Source: Paragordius varius (taxonomy: Eukaryota > Animalia > Nematomorpha). Taken from it: a stretch of 64,000 nt of DNA. Below the pieces are notes generated by a model. That model had not been told where the DNA came from, made no database searches, and saw nothing but the letters and a program-made list of their open reading frames with translations. The position numbers and the translations under genes are program-made. Every line of letters starts with the position of its first letter. The stretch's first letter is position 1. The stretch lies in NCBI GenBank assembly GCA_964247055.1, contig OZ176056.1, forward strand, positions 7,068,001-7,132,000, read 5' to 3'. Shown in pieces: positions 11,901 through 25,934 of the stretch.

Positions 11901-14900
11901 TTCTATAAAATAAAAAATCAGTGGTGTCCATCACAAACAGCTTCGCGGGCCGTATTTTGATTCAAAAAACTTCACGGGACAAAGATGAATGATGCAAACA
12001 TAATATAATTTTTTCTTGTTTACCAATTTAATAGCCTTATTCAGAAAATTTGTTTATTTGCAAATTATGGATTCCAAATTTTTCGCGAAGCGGCACATAA
12101 TGTCTAGGAGAGCCACAAGTTGGACAATTTTTATTTAATGCATGCTTATTACTTTTAAGAGCTTTTATATTTGGTGGGCAGAAACTCATGAGAGTTTTGG
12201 AATTACTTGCTATTTAACTACACTGATAAGTTATAAATAACAATCATTAAATTTTTTATCCTTTTGTTCATTAATTTAAGAGTCACTTAAATTATAAAAT
12301 ATAAATATTATTACAATATGATGAATATCCTTTATTTTTGCACTTTAGTTTGAATAAATTACATTTTAAAAAATAACCTTTATTATTCCTTCCTTTAATA
12401 AATCCGCATATATTATTATAAACTAATCTAATATAAAAATAGGATTTAAAAATTTTACGATACCATTTAATTCCACATCCTTTATCTCCTTGGAATCCTT
12501 TACTGTATCATCCGTATAATTAATAGTCATATTTTCAGGTATAACTATGAGTTGTTGAGAAGGACCAGTATTTTCTTTTTTGACTAGCGTATTAGTATCT
12601 ATATTTTCTATTTGAGCATTTACTAAACCTAAATCACTATTAGTATTGTTTAAGGATAAATTTTCAGTTCTTTGGCTCACTTTTTGACTATTTTGTTTGG
12701 CATGATTAGATTTTAAGGTACTACCAGATATCGCTTTCGTAAATCGTTTTTGAGGTAGAGCTAAAAAAATCCATCGTTGTAAAATAAATAATGTGTATAA
12801 AAGATAATCTATTGTGATTTTATTTATTGCATGAAAAATATACTTTTCTTTGAATCTTGCGCGATTTGAGCATTGGTTAAATGTCTAAAGGATGTTTTAT
12901 AATAAATGGAATGATAAAATTTATCAAGTAATTCAATAAATAATATAAACTTTAAAGCAGAAATTTTTTACAAACCTAATCGTATAAGATTCAAAATATA
13001 TTTAATAAATAATTATAATATTTACTGGTTTTGAGATATTTCACTTTCATCATTGTAATGCGTCCCATTAGAAGATTCATCTAAATTTATTAAAATGTTC
13101 ATAACTAATAATATATATAAATATATTATGACTGTAAAAGATGTGTTTTTGTTTGAGAAAAATTAAAACTTAAATACCATTTTGAGATGCTTTAACTGGT
13201 GGATTATTTAATTTTCTAATCAATAAACTATTCTGTTTGTTTGGGCGTGGACTTCTACATCCTTTATTAATATAACATATCCTATATTTTATGACAGCAA
13301 TATAACATTATCCGACAAAAAACTTTACAATTTTTAATTGGTCCATATATAATCCCTTTTAAGAAAAATGAGGGTTTTGATGTTTACAGAAGCATATACC
13401 CTATTATATTCATTATCCTGACAAAATTTAATATGTGATACGATTCATTTAGCCATTTTAATAATTAATTTGCACATGTAATTTATTTTCATTATGCCGC
13501 ATAATTTTTATTTGTGAAATACAGTTTTAAAGAAATACGGATAATGTAAAAATAAAGATAGAAAATATTTTTTTCTAAAAAACCATTTTTACCTTAGTTC
13601 CATATAAATTATATAAATACAATTAATATATTATTGATTGTGTTATCAATATACATCTCGATTTCATACTTTGCAAGTTTTAATAATGTTTTATTTTATT
13701 TAAAAATAAAAAGTATGGTTGTCTTTTAAAAAAAATATTTGTCTTTATATTTTTACGTTTTGTTTGCATAATTTTTTTTCACATAAAATATAAATATATA
13801 AGTTATGACATACTGCTTCCACCAAAAGCTAAACTATTTCTCCGTTTAGTCAATGATGATATGGTATTAGGAGCATTGTTCAAATCATATTTTTCCGAAA
13901 GGGGTAATCGATTAGGCCGATTGATATGATTATGATGTTGACTAGTCAATAGGAAAGCCTTACTATTTCTAACTAATTTTTGGGCTAATTTATTGGTTTG
14001 TTTCATGGTTTGGGGTTCAAAACTACGTTTTATGTGCTGTGATAGGATACTACTGTCATGAGTAGAAAAATCATCAAACAATTCCTTGTCCTTTTCATTT
14101 GGGTAAGAGGCGGAATGTTTGGTTCGCTCAAATCTGCTTGTGTTTGAGGCAAGCGAAGTATTAGCATTCTGCTCTGTGCTTGCACTGTAGATTTGGGGGC
14201 ATTGTGATGAATCAACTATCTTTGGCGTTTCTGGCCCAGGTTTTGTCGTTTTCTCTAATGGTTTAGAGGTTTGTGGCTCAGGGTTATTGGCATGATTTGG
14301 TTGTGAGTTGTTATTAGAGTTGCCTCCTGCATTCATAGTGCTATACATTTGATTTTTACTAACGCTTTGTCGTTTAAAGATGGGGAAACCAAAGTTAGTA
14401 GTATTATTATTATTATTATTTTTCATAAAATTTTTATGGCGATTATTGGAGGGAGATGCATGTTCTAAAATTAATGAAACAATAATAATAGAGTAAATAA
14501 ATGCTCCAGACAAAACGGAAAAATATATGGACAAATATTTTTTTCAAATGATGGCTTTCCTTATTTAAAATATATCTTTTTTAATATTGCTAGTTATTTT
14601 ATAATGCAGAATACGAAATAAAGATGAAAATTATAGTAACATAATCTCAATGTATTTTACAATTGTAATCACCAATGATTTTTATAGGAAATTTTGAGGT
14701 TTAAAAAAGGATGGTGATCATTTAAAATAAATTTGTCATTATATTTACGTTTTGTCCAGATGAGTTCAATTTTTAATGTATTGTGGAAAAATGGAAAAAC
14801 TTGAAATAAAATTCATATTTATAAGTAACATAAAAATTTAAAAAAATTTATTATTTAAAAACTCACTTTTTAATCCTGATTATTTACTATATATATATTA

Positions 14901-16058
14901 TAGCTCTATACGCCCAAAATTATTGCCAATTTAAAACTCTAATCCTCATTTTGCAACACAAAATGATAACTATAATTATAAAATTAATTTAAAAAAATTA
15001 TGTTAAAATAGGAATCTATCTTTAAGAGCAAAATTGAGAGACTTTTAATAAATACGCATTCAAGCCTAATTTAACAATATAAATCTTTTACTTTTGATTG
15101 ATTTACTTTTATTGTAAAATTGACAATAATACATATATATTATACCCGATTTCCCAAGATTGGCCCAAACTGAAATAGTACGTAAAGAATGAATACTCGT
15201 GCCATCCATAAAACTTGGAGATTTATGAAACAAAGGCATAAGACTTCCGCCTATACCACCACCCTTAAACAACACGATAAAAGAATTATTGATAAATATT
15301 GAGAGAAAAACCGTATATTCATAAAATATTGATGATTTTATAAAAGAAATAAAAAAAGCAATAAAAATTCACTTACAGTATTATGCATATTTATGATGGC
15401 AAATTCACATTATACTTATTGGCAATACAGTAGCCTATGAGCAAAAACAGAACAAAGAGTAAAATAAACAATTTTTTCCTATCTTACAATTTTATTTTTT
15501 TTATTTAATTATATTTTAAAGTTATTTTATATCATATGCTACTGTATCACCAATTAGTCAAGAGGTTGATAAAAAAATCATATAAATCGTTTTTTTAGCT
15601 TTAAATGTATAAGAATTTGTTTTTGATGACTAAGAAAAAAAAAGGAAAATAATAATTTAAACATTTTACCAATATTATTTCGAATTTTATAAAATTTCAT
15701 TTAACCAGCATAATACTGCTCTGTAAATGCTATATATATATATATATATATATACCATTTAGAGTTCAAATTGACTCTTAAACAATTCAAATTCACCCTT
15801 GAACAATTCAAATTCACCCTTAAACAATTCAAATTCACCCTCGGACAATTCAAATTCACCCTAAAAAGAAATTATGAAACTTCGATCTAATATAACTCAT
15901 CATTAAAATAAATATAATTTTATGGCAAAGTTTATTATTTTTTCAGTATTATTTTGATTACATACAAATTTTCTTTTTTTTTATAAATATAAAAAATATA
16001 TTTGAATTGTTCAAAGGTGAATTTGAATTGTTTAAGGGTGAATTTGAACTGTAAATGG

Positions 16059-16091
<33 letters not shown>

Positions 16092-19000
16092 CCACTCCAA
16101 AGTTGTGTAGCGATTGATTTTGTGAACTTTTTCGGTTCCGTTTTGAAAGAAGTCCAGAAGTTATTGAGGGTTGTATGGAAAGAGATGGCACGCGTAACGT
16201 AGACGTCGTATTAATTTTGGCTTTGTTAGCATTATTATTTAAGGGTTCATTTTGTGACACAACATTTTGTTGAATTTGTTGGGCGGTATTATTTAGATTT
16301 TCAGCAATAATGTTTGATGGTGTTTGAGACGATGTTAAATAATTGGAATTTTTCTCATTTGTACTATTGTTATTACGATCATTTATTGTAGTTATTGGAT
16401 TGTTATTATGATCCACCAAACTAAGACTGTTAGGGGTTGTTGTATTAAGTGGATTTTGTGGGTTCACGTTGTTTTCATACGTTGTTGATTTTGCTAAGTG
16501 AGAATTTGATAATTATTTTTGCAAAGTTAAAGAGTAATAAAAATATTTTATTTTAAAAATAAGAGTGTGAGACATATATAGTGTAGATGTTACTATACGA
16601 TATGAATTATATTGAATAAACTACCAACCAAATCCGGTTGGCCCACGACCACATGGCTCAACACAAAAACAAAAGACCTTGATATACTTAAACTTATATG
16701 TAAAATTAGCCGGATCAAGAAAAGATTGGAAAAAAATAACAGGTGTACCGCCATTCAATGGCAAATTCCCATACAAATTATGAAATGATGTTAAATTTTT
16801 TTTATAATTTTTGAAATCATTATAAATAGATGGATCATTTAATATTTATGATTAAAACTATTATTTTCCCGACACATCCTTTTATAAACCATAAGGCAGC
16901 AAAAAATACCAAAAACATTTTATTCTTATTTAATGTATATCATTTACAGTTCAAATTCACCCTTGAACAATTTAAATGCACTCTAAAATAAATTCTCTTT
17001 TTCCTACATTAAAAATTACCTTTATTTTTTAATATTTTTAAAATTATAAAAACTGTTTTAAATTGATATAATGCTAAATAAATAATAATCTATGGCTTAA
17101 AAATATATTTCATATTAAGGATGAGTTATATTAGGCCAAAAACCCATAATTTATTTTTAGGGTGAATTTGAATTGTTCAAGGGTGAATTTGAATTTTAAA
17201 TGGTATATATATTACCTGGATGAGTAGCTGATGAAACTAAATCTGCTACCAATTTAATCTTTTCCAAATCTTTGAAAACGTCAATTTTCTTCAAAACATC
17301 CAAATTTTGAAGGAGCAATTTTTCGCTGCGTTTACGGAAACGCTTTTTATCAGGATCCTTAAATTTTCTAAAAACAAAAATATAGTAAGCGCTAGAATAA
17401 TAAGTAAGAAATTCAAATAAATGTTTTTTAAAAAACAAAATAAAGCCTATTTAGCAAATAAATAGCAGATCATTTATATGATGACTTATTTGCGAAAAAT
17501 GGTATTTCGTTGCTTTGTGTAACACAATTTTATGAATATTAAAAGATATGTAATAATTATATTGTAAATTGATGAATTACACCAAAAGCTAAATTGAAAT
17601 AAAAAACGGTTTTATAATATCATATTTGAAAACAACAGGTTTACACCAACATACAGACTTTAGGTTTGAAAAAATAGCGCAAAATAACCATTTTCGCTAA
17701 AATTATTCACATAAAAATGATAAGTTTTTCTCCTTATTCCATCCATGTTTTACACCAATACTTTATGTCTTTTTGGGGTTGTTTTTTACCCCAAGGCGAA
17801 ATTCAAATATTTTAAAAAATAATTTTAGCATTGGCTAAAATTTAGAAAAATGAAAACCTCATCTCAAACTTTTTGTCGTCATTTTTTTCCTTAATTTTTT
17901 AAAACCGTTATAACAGTTATATAAATTTAAATAAATGTATATATACAAATATGTATTTTAATGCTATCCAAATTTAGTACTCTTGAAGTCAAAAAACTAA
18001 AAAAAATTTACTTTAATTCTATAACATGAAAAGAAAATTGGATAAATAATAAAACCAAAACAACTTTCAAAACGCTAGTGTGTTTGCTGCGTTAAGCTCT
18101 GGGGTAGAAACTACCCCAAAATGTCATCGTATACAAAAAAATCAAAATGTGATAAAGTGTTAAAGGAAATTTAACTCTATGATACAATAAATGTAAAATT
18201 AATTAATAATACGTTGCTTTAGTAGTTTCTGATGAGGCACCACTGCCTTTAACGGTTGTGTTCAAATCTATAAGTGGTTGAAGATCACATGATTTTTCCC
18301 CAACATGATCGCCTTCTTCCTTATTTCCAATATCTCCATTCGGTAATTTATTGGTTAGGATTGATTCACGGTCTTTTAATATGAGTCCTTGTTTATCCTT
18401 TACCATAGAGGTAAAAAATGATTTTGTTTTAAAAGAAAAAAAACAGTTTTTTTGGGGATAAGTAAATTAATTAAAGTTGTGATTTTTCGAAATCAAATAT
18501 TATAGTTTGTAAGAGTAATATAAAATTGTTATAAAAAAACACAATATTATCCTTTGTTCTTACTATAAAAATATTTTAAAGTTAAAATTAATCTTAAAAA
18601 AAATTTTTGGTTATCGTTTTCATATGCTAATTATAACTTTTCAATTTATTATAAATAAGTTCTAGTATGCTAATAATTGCATATAATATCGCAATTATTT
18701 TATTGTGCAACAAAATATAGAAAATTTACATAAGTTAATAGGCGTTATTAGTAAAAAAAAAGGTTTATGTAAAATTTAATTACTAAGTTATTGTGAGAGG
18801 TAGGGAAACTCCTTTTAACAATTTCAAGCAAAAAATTACCATAAAAATGTATCATTTATTATTATAAATTTCTTTTCAAGCAAACTTCTTCTTTAAGTTT
18901 ATAATTCTAGCTCAATTTTATCATTTTTTCTAATCTTAATAATCCAAAATTTTGGAGCCCAAAAAATTTATACCTCGTCATCACTATTATTGTTTGAGGA

Positions 19001-22000
19001 TTCATCATATTCATCCTCGTTCGTATCGGCTTCCAGAATAGTTTCCATGGGAACAAAACTCATATCTTCCACTGGTATACTAAAACGAAAAAAAATGTGT
19101 TACACATCACAAATCACAAATCATTTTTAATAATAAAAAAAACTGGAAAACCGGTTTACTATATAAGTGATATATAAATATATGTTTATAAAACTAAGTG
19201 AGCTAACCATGGAATTGGTTTAAATCGGGTTAACAACATATATTTTTATGATTTCGCAACGTTTTAAAAAGCCCCTTAATTCAACTGGTGTATGAAACGG
19301 AAATTTTGCAGTTAAAATCAAAGTCGGCGACAAATAAACTAGGAGAATAAAATCCGTAAGCTGTATGTTTAATAACAATAGTTAAAGATGTATCCAAAAA
19401 TCATCATTACCCTTTAATTTTATGCATTTTACCGTAAATTACATTTGGATTTTCAACACTGTGAAGTAAAAAAAACTTTTATACTCCTTTTTTTAATTCA
19501 ATAGATTCCAAATCCTAAATCTAATGCTCATTTAAAAATAACATACTCTAAATTCATGGTGGAACCCATAAATGGCTCTCCAGTCATGCGGGTAGTTATA
19601 GCTTTGGTGTAGGGCAGGGAAAATTCGATTTCACCCCAATAATAATCACGTTGGAGTTTGGGTAATTTGTTATACATTGCATCACAGGCCATATAACTCG
19701 CCTTATTTTTAAGGTATAATAATATATATACATATGTATAGCGATAAAATTGTATTTAAAATAGCCGTTAAAATCATAATAGCTAAATAAAAATTGCATA
19801 CTTAAATTAAAAACAGGGTAATTAGGCAATTATAATATATTAGTAATAATTAGGTTAAAAATCTATAATATAGCGTTAAAAAGATTTGCCCTATATATAT
19901 ATTATATTAAAAAATTAAATTATTTGGTAATATTTGATTTTTAACCTTTATAATTTATTCAAAGAAATATTTTACATTACCTTGGCAAACTTTCATTGTA
20001 TTATGCTCTGGAAAATTTATATAAAAAAGGTTGTTACAAAATTTTTGAAAACCCTTCCTTACCTGTAAATTACGATCAATGATCCAATTCATTTCAAAGT
20101 CGTCATCATCCTCTCCAAACGGGTTAATCAATTGTTCAGCAACCTTGGTATATAATAGATTATTTCAAAATCGAATTAGGTATAAAATTTAAACTCTTTT
20201 TTATTGGCAAAAGTAAAGGAAAAACACAGTAAGTTGGGAGAAAAATTTAAACAATTATTTTTTTGTCAAAATTAATTACATGAATTATACCTATAATAAT
20301 CTATATATTCAGGCAACTAAGTTTATATAATTCTTCCAAACTTTCTTATAATTTCGATAGACAATATAATTATAATATCTTTAACATGCACATTTAAAAA
20401 AATAATGGTCAAAACGACTTTCAGGTTAACCAATTTTTTTCTCAATATAAAGCAGATCATGCTCATTAGAAAAATCAATCCAATAAATATCAGGGAAAAT
20501 CAAATGAAAATTTAAAACTGCCATAATAGTTTGCACCGAAATCATAAAATAAGTCAATATAAAGCAAAAATGACTTTGGATAAAAATAATAATAATTCGC
20601 GCAAAAATTTGCAAAAAAAAACTTTCAAACACCCCAAAAAATCCAATATAATAAGCATTTGCTATATCTGTGAAAAAACTATTGCACCCATTGTTTTTAA
20701 GTTCAATCAAGCATAGATTGCTTGTTCTTAGCAAAAAAATTCAAAAAACTTTCAATTAATCATAAAAAACCTTAAGCCAACCCATATAAAAAAAGAATTG
20801 GAGTATGGTGAAAAAGGGAATGTAGAGGTCCACATCTCTCCCCGGAATATTTTGACCAGGCTCCAGGTATTGCCGACCCATGAGTGTTGCCAGAAAAAAT
20901 GTGTAAAGTGCCAAGGTAGCTACCTGTTATATTAACATTATTATTGTTGTAAAACAGTAAAAAAAACTTAAATGAAGCAAACATATTATAGTTAAATATA
21001 GTCGAAAAAAATATAGTTCCAAAGAGATGTAAAAATTATTATTAGGTTTAAGAAGTTTTTTTACATTACAATATAAAATGTAACGAGCAACAATTTAATC
21101 ATTATATAAATAAAAAAAGGGCCTAAAACTAATCAAATCGCGCTAATTAATTATACATTTTCCAATGTCAATTAAATTTATAATTGTTTAAAGTTGGCTC
21201 TCCTCTAATACGAAACAATCGCATTTTTTGGGTATTTATTAAACCGTGATAATATTAGCCAAAACCATAAAATAAATATATGCTATTTTTTATTATAATT
21301 ATAATTTCATTTAAAAAGTTAAGATTATTATCTTAAAACTTAAAGATTTTTTCCAATTATCGGTGTTCCACCGAAGATCAAAATTCAATTAGGTAGAACT
21401 TCGTAGATTAAATATATTGTAAAATATTTATCATATATATATTATACCTGAGTGTAAACTAGGGGTACACTAATCCAATCATAAGCGAAAAGTAGCCCAC
21501 ATTTGCCCCTAAAATCATCCAAGTCCTACATAGTTTAATGATGATAGTAAATAATTAAAAAATTACATGAAACCGCTCATAAAAACAGTTACCTGACTGT
21601 ATTCTTTTATGTGTAAACCCCATGTTTATAAATTAAACATATGCTATTTATCATGCACTTTTGCGATTTTAAAATATATGGCCCTAAAATCTAAATTATA
21701 ATCGTTTAAAGTTGAGCACAATTAGCCACAAGCTTATTAATTTGTAGTATTATGAAAGCATCAAAATGTTCAAATATTTATAAAATATTTATTATATATA
21801 TATATATATTATTTACAACAAAAAAATTTTAATTTTATCCACCCTATTATATTTCCACAAATGGAATCATTCTAGAAGCCATATGTCAAAGTTACGTTCC
21901 CTACAAATAGGTAAAAAAACCTTAATCAATCGATCTAAGAAAAAGTCATCTCGAATCCGGTTTTCTTTGCGGGCTCTGACAGCTAAAGTACTGAACCAAA

Positions 22001-22305
22001 TAGACGGGAACCACCATTTGCCATGTGCATTAGGGATGCTATCCATCATACGTAAATCTTCTTTCGTCATTAGTCCTATTTAAATTTATATATGAAAAAA
22101 ATAAATTTTTAGTTTATAATTTCATTATAACTAATAATATAAAGTCACAAAATTTGATTTTTATTGTCAAGCGCAATTTTTAAAATACTCTGGTATAAAC
22201 CATCAATAATTTATTTACTTTAATATTTTAATGTAAATGTCAAGTGTATAATATATAAAATTTTTAATTAACCAAAACCATGATTTTCTTTGGTTTAAAT
22301 ATTTT

Positions 22306-22359
<54 letters not shown>

Positions 22360-25300
22360 GTATATATAGGTAATATCCAACTTTAATAACAGATTGTTTT
22401 AAATGACTAAGTACGATTCGAAAGATACGCTCTTTCGAATAATATAAAATACATGACTCATCTAAAACCTTTAATTTTAAAAATATCGAGTTTAATGTTA
22501 AATCGGGGACAAAATTTTCGATTAACCCTATAAAAAATATTTTTATGTGTCAGACCAATTTATTTCCAGATATACTATTTATGTATTTTAATGAAATAAT
22601 ATGGCACCCGAAAAAAAGCCAAAATTTGTTGTCTAGTATTATTAACGGTTTCAAAACAGAGTAATTTATTTTAATAAAATAAAATTCCATAAACGTATAT
22701 TTTTACATTTTTATAGGTTATCATCTTTGCACGAATTAAAAGTAAAAATCCAAACCAAATGAAACCAAAACAGCATTTAGCAGAAAATTGAGAATTAAAA
22801 CCTTAAATTACAACTTTAAAAACTCAGGCCGAAAACGGAGCCACAGTTAAAAAACACTAAAAAATAAAATCTTCCAATAATTCATTTACTTATGCTGCTA
22901 ATATATCCACGAATTGCTTTAGTATATCTAATTGTATTAAAAGATCTCAAATGCAACTTATATGCTTGGTTATATCATTCAATCACCATTTTGGCCCAAA
23001 TAACGCAATGAAATAAAATTTTAAATAATTTTCTAGATAGAGAATATAAATTGGGCGTTTAAAACTATGTTTTAATGTAATAATATATTAGTTCCATAGG
23101 TTTCATGGTAAAAAATCAATATTTTTTAATTATATAAATTACAATTGTATTGTAAAATAATTCATTTTATATGAACAGCATGTATATATTTTATTAAGTG
23201 TCAAACAAACGTTAGCATTCATTGTTTTTATGTATAAGGTATGACAAAAAATACGATTCAAAAAATTTTGCTACATAGAAAAATGGCGGATTTTCGTTGA
23301 TGATTATTTATTATTATGGTAATTAAAATATTTATTTTAAGGATTCATTAATATTTATCGGCATTGTGGCCAAAAACAAATTGAAAAGTGTGTTTTCAAA
23401 AATAATTTATTTATGTTAAATAAATGTATAAATTATTGTTTCATGATTATCTAACCTTCAAAAAATGGATATATATTTATATATCATAGGAGAATAGAGT
23501 TTTAATAAATCCAAGCGCATATATATGTAATATATATATAATAGTTAGGCAAATATCTAAAATTATTTTTGAAAAAAGGTACAAATAAAACCTTCCAGTA
23601 AAACAGCATGAAATTAAATTAGCTTTATATATCAAACATGTTTATTAACATAACTGACAACCGGTTTAATACAAAATTTACCCCTTTACAAAAGAAAGGT
23701 AAATCTTAACTTCTATATTTCAAATGAAATCATATGCTAAAAATCTAAAATGATTCCAAGAGAGGATTATTTCAAATTAAATAAATAACATCTAATTTTT
23801 CAAAAAATAGTAGATGATACACCTTACAAATAATATTTATCATATATTACTCATCCGTCGTATATAAAAGTTTAAGTAAAAAATAATTTTTTTTATACCA
23901 TTTATAATTTAAATTTACCCTACAACGATTCAAATTCACCCTTGAACACTTCAAATTTATAAATTTTATGTTTTTTTAGAAAAATTACCTATATTTTTAT
24001 ATACATTTAAAAAATGAAATTTTGTATTAAATTAAAATAATACTGAAATAATATACTATGCCATAAAGATATATTTTATATTAACAATGAGTTAGTTATA
24101 TAAGTTCGAAAACAGATAATTTATTTTTAGGGTGAATTTGAAAGGTTCTCGGGTGAATTTAAATTGTTCAAGGGTGAATTTGAACTGTAAATGGTGGATA
24201 TATTTCTATTTATGCCGTCTACAAACCTGCTTCAACCAAGTGATCAAGGGTAGGGAATCGTTTTTTAACCGAAATACTGGTACCTTGAAGCGTTAAAACT
24301 AACATGAGATTAACGTAACGCATGAGAGTCCTACGAATCATTTGACCGCGTTCATCGTCCCCTAAAACATAGGAACCAACTTTCAACATTAACCTAAATT
24401 ATATATGTATAATAAGGGAAAAAATATCAAATGGCAAAAAAAGAATCGAAATTCTAAGTTATTATATGTATGCGTATATCCTAATTAATAAGATACAACT
24501 AAGTCCTATCATACTACTAAGCTTAGCTATAGAAAAAAAAATAAATGTTAAATATGTGTGTTGTCACACAAACTAATTAATTTCATTATAGTACTTTAAC
24601 CTAAACCAACCAATATAAATATAATTTTAATCGTTATGTAATCTTGTATATAATTGTGCAAATTTAATTTGTAAGTTTGACGAAAAAAGGAAATCATTAT
24701 GCGTATATCCATTCTAAATTAATAATCGGATGCCATTATATAAAAGTTGCAAAACATATATTGAAAACTCTAGGATAGAAATACAATGTAGTTTTTTAAA
24801 AATGATATATCTATCTATGTATATATAAAATACATATAGCACTTTTAGAGTTTAAGTTGAATTTAATCAAATTTAAATTTTTAGCTCGGTCAACAATATT
24901 TATCAATTAGTTTTTATAGATATGCAATTAAGTTTGAAAAAATGTCATATTCACGGTAATATATAAATAATTATAAATATTGATTTTCACTTTGTATAAC
25001 AAACAAATATTTTAAGAATACATAATGTACAAATAAAATGTTAATATTATAATTTGATAAATCAGCTAAGGAGCCCCCTTTTCAATGAATGGAATTTTAG
25101 CATTTTTGTAAAAATATCATAATTGAATTTTTTTAAGAAGGAATACTAAAAACTCCAATTAATATATAAGCAAATCTTGGCGGTAAAAAATTAATTATTA
25201 TCAAAATATAATAGCAAAAAAATTAAAATATGATTTAAATGTAAAATTGATTTTATGTAACAAGTCCAGAAATTAATAGCCGTATTAATTAAACAAAACA

Positions 25301-25804
25301 CATATCATGCACAAATAAACTATGATATATAACACACATAAAATATCATATTTCAGATTTGGAAAGGAACTTAAAAAATATAATAAATTATGAATAGAAT
25401 TCTTTAGCAAATATCATAAAAAATTATATTACGTATCGGGCCAAGGAATCGCATTATACTGTTGCCACCAGCGACCAACGATCAAAGCTACGTAGAAACC
25501 AAACACAAAAGATAACGGTATTAAATCCGTATAGGTGTGGCAATACAATGCTATCTTTTCAAATATTCTATAAAAAAAAGAAATAATAAATCAATATGTA
25601 ATTTTATATTTATTTTGAGATATACCTTTTTTGAAAATCTGTTAAAAACCATCTATAAAGGGAACTGAGAAAAAAGTACAAACCGACGAAAATTAACATT
25701 TCCCGATACATCAGTTTATATATGCTGCCTTTCCAACGAAAAAGCAATTTCCCAAACCCACCCATTGAGGCATTTGCTACTGAATAAGAGTATGTGATTG
25801 TCAT
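8952..25804 (-). CDS. best: Bestrophin Ca2+-activated anion channel with a very long disordered C-terminal tail (~1757 aa, 19 exons)
   Basis: Exons 25804-25626, 25567-25433, 24393-24227, 22075-21921, 21525-21448, 20923-20771, 20143-20063, 19701-19547, 19079-18974, 18397-18213, 17367-17216, 16493-16093, 15263-15146, 14464-13814, 12760-12464, 11852-11727, 11225-11115, 11037-10965, 10902-8952. All are GT-AG and phase-matched, total 5274 nt. Motifs [71 protein letters not shown]. Exons 1-9 are firm; tail exons rest on phase and composition. Confidence 0.9.
11919..12135. mobile_element. hAT-type MITE (bestrophin intron)
   Basis: Starts CAGTGGTGTCCATCACAAACAGCTTCGCGGGCCG; related to ends at ~5089, ~32880-32951 and ~37100; right end degenerate. 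Confidence 0.55.
15755..16058. mobile_element. MITE family A (TA-flanked, TIR CCATTTACAGTTCAAATT, 21-bp subterminal tandem repeats)
   Basis: Ends CCATTTAGAGTTCAAATT ... AATTTGAACTGTAAATGG; repeats of AACAATTCAAATTCACCCTT+N on the left and inverted on the right; flanked by (TA)n. Confidence 0.85.
16620..16790 (+). mobile_element. Possible 3' fragment of an RTE-like LINE ORF
   Basis: Frameshifted translation [15 protein letters not shown]...[12 protein letters not shown] resembles the GRPxxxWxDxIxxD / A.DRxxWR C-terminal motif of RTE-type RTs; short match. Confidence 0.35.
16940..17203. mobile_element. MITE family A copy
   Basis: CATTTACAGTTCAAATTCACCCTTG ... AGGGTGAATTTGAATTTTAAATGG; interior is inverted relative to the 15755 copy. 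Confidence 0.8.
17760..18120. repeat. Probable non-autonomous DNA-transposon remnant (GGGGTAG..CTACCCC motifs)
   Basis: TTTTGGGGTTGTTTTTTACCCCAAGG (~17770) and TTAAGCTCTGGGGTAGAAACTACCCCAAAA (~18093) form an inverted pair. Confidence 0.4.
22306..22368. repeat. (TA)n microsatellite
   Basis: About 30 TA units; similar tracts at ~15731, 16061, 36985, 44728, 46053 and 61680. Confidence 0.95.
22400..22642. mobile_element. Right-end fragment of the CACTA-ended MITE family
   Basis: Colinear with 54790-55021 (CGCTCTTTCGAAT...GAGTTTAATGTTAAATCGGGG...AAAATTTGTTGTCTAGT). Confidence 0.7.
23898..24194. mobile_element. MITE family A copy
   Basis: CCATTTATAATTTAAATTTACCC ... GGGTGAATTTGAACTGTAAATGG with 21-bp subterminal repeats. 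Confidence 0.8.
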
Positions 25805-25934
25805 AATTTTAATGTGCGATCAAGTAATTAATTGTTATTATAAGGCATGGTTAGACGATAATACAAATTGACTAAGAGTACATATGAAATCATACTATTT
25901 TAAATTACCAACTGTTAAAATTGACTTATGCCAT

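Noticed and set aside
15770-15862. Regular 21-bp repeats as a CRISPR array
   Set aside because: Repeats are head-to-tail with no spacers, inverted at the other end of a MITE, no cas genes, and the context is eukaryotic.
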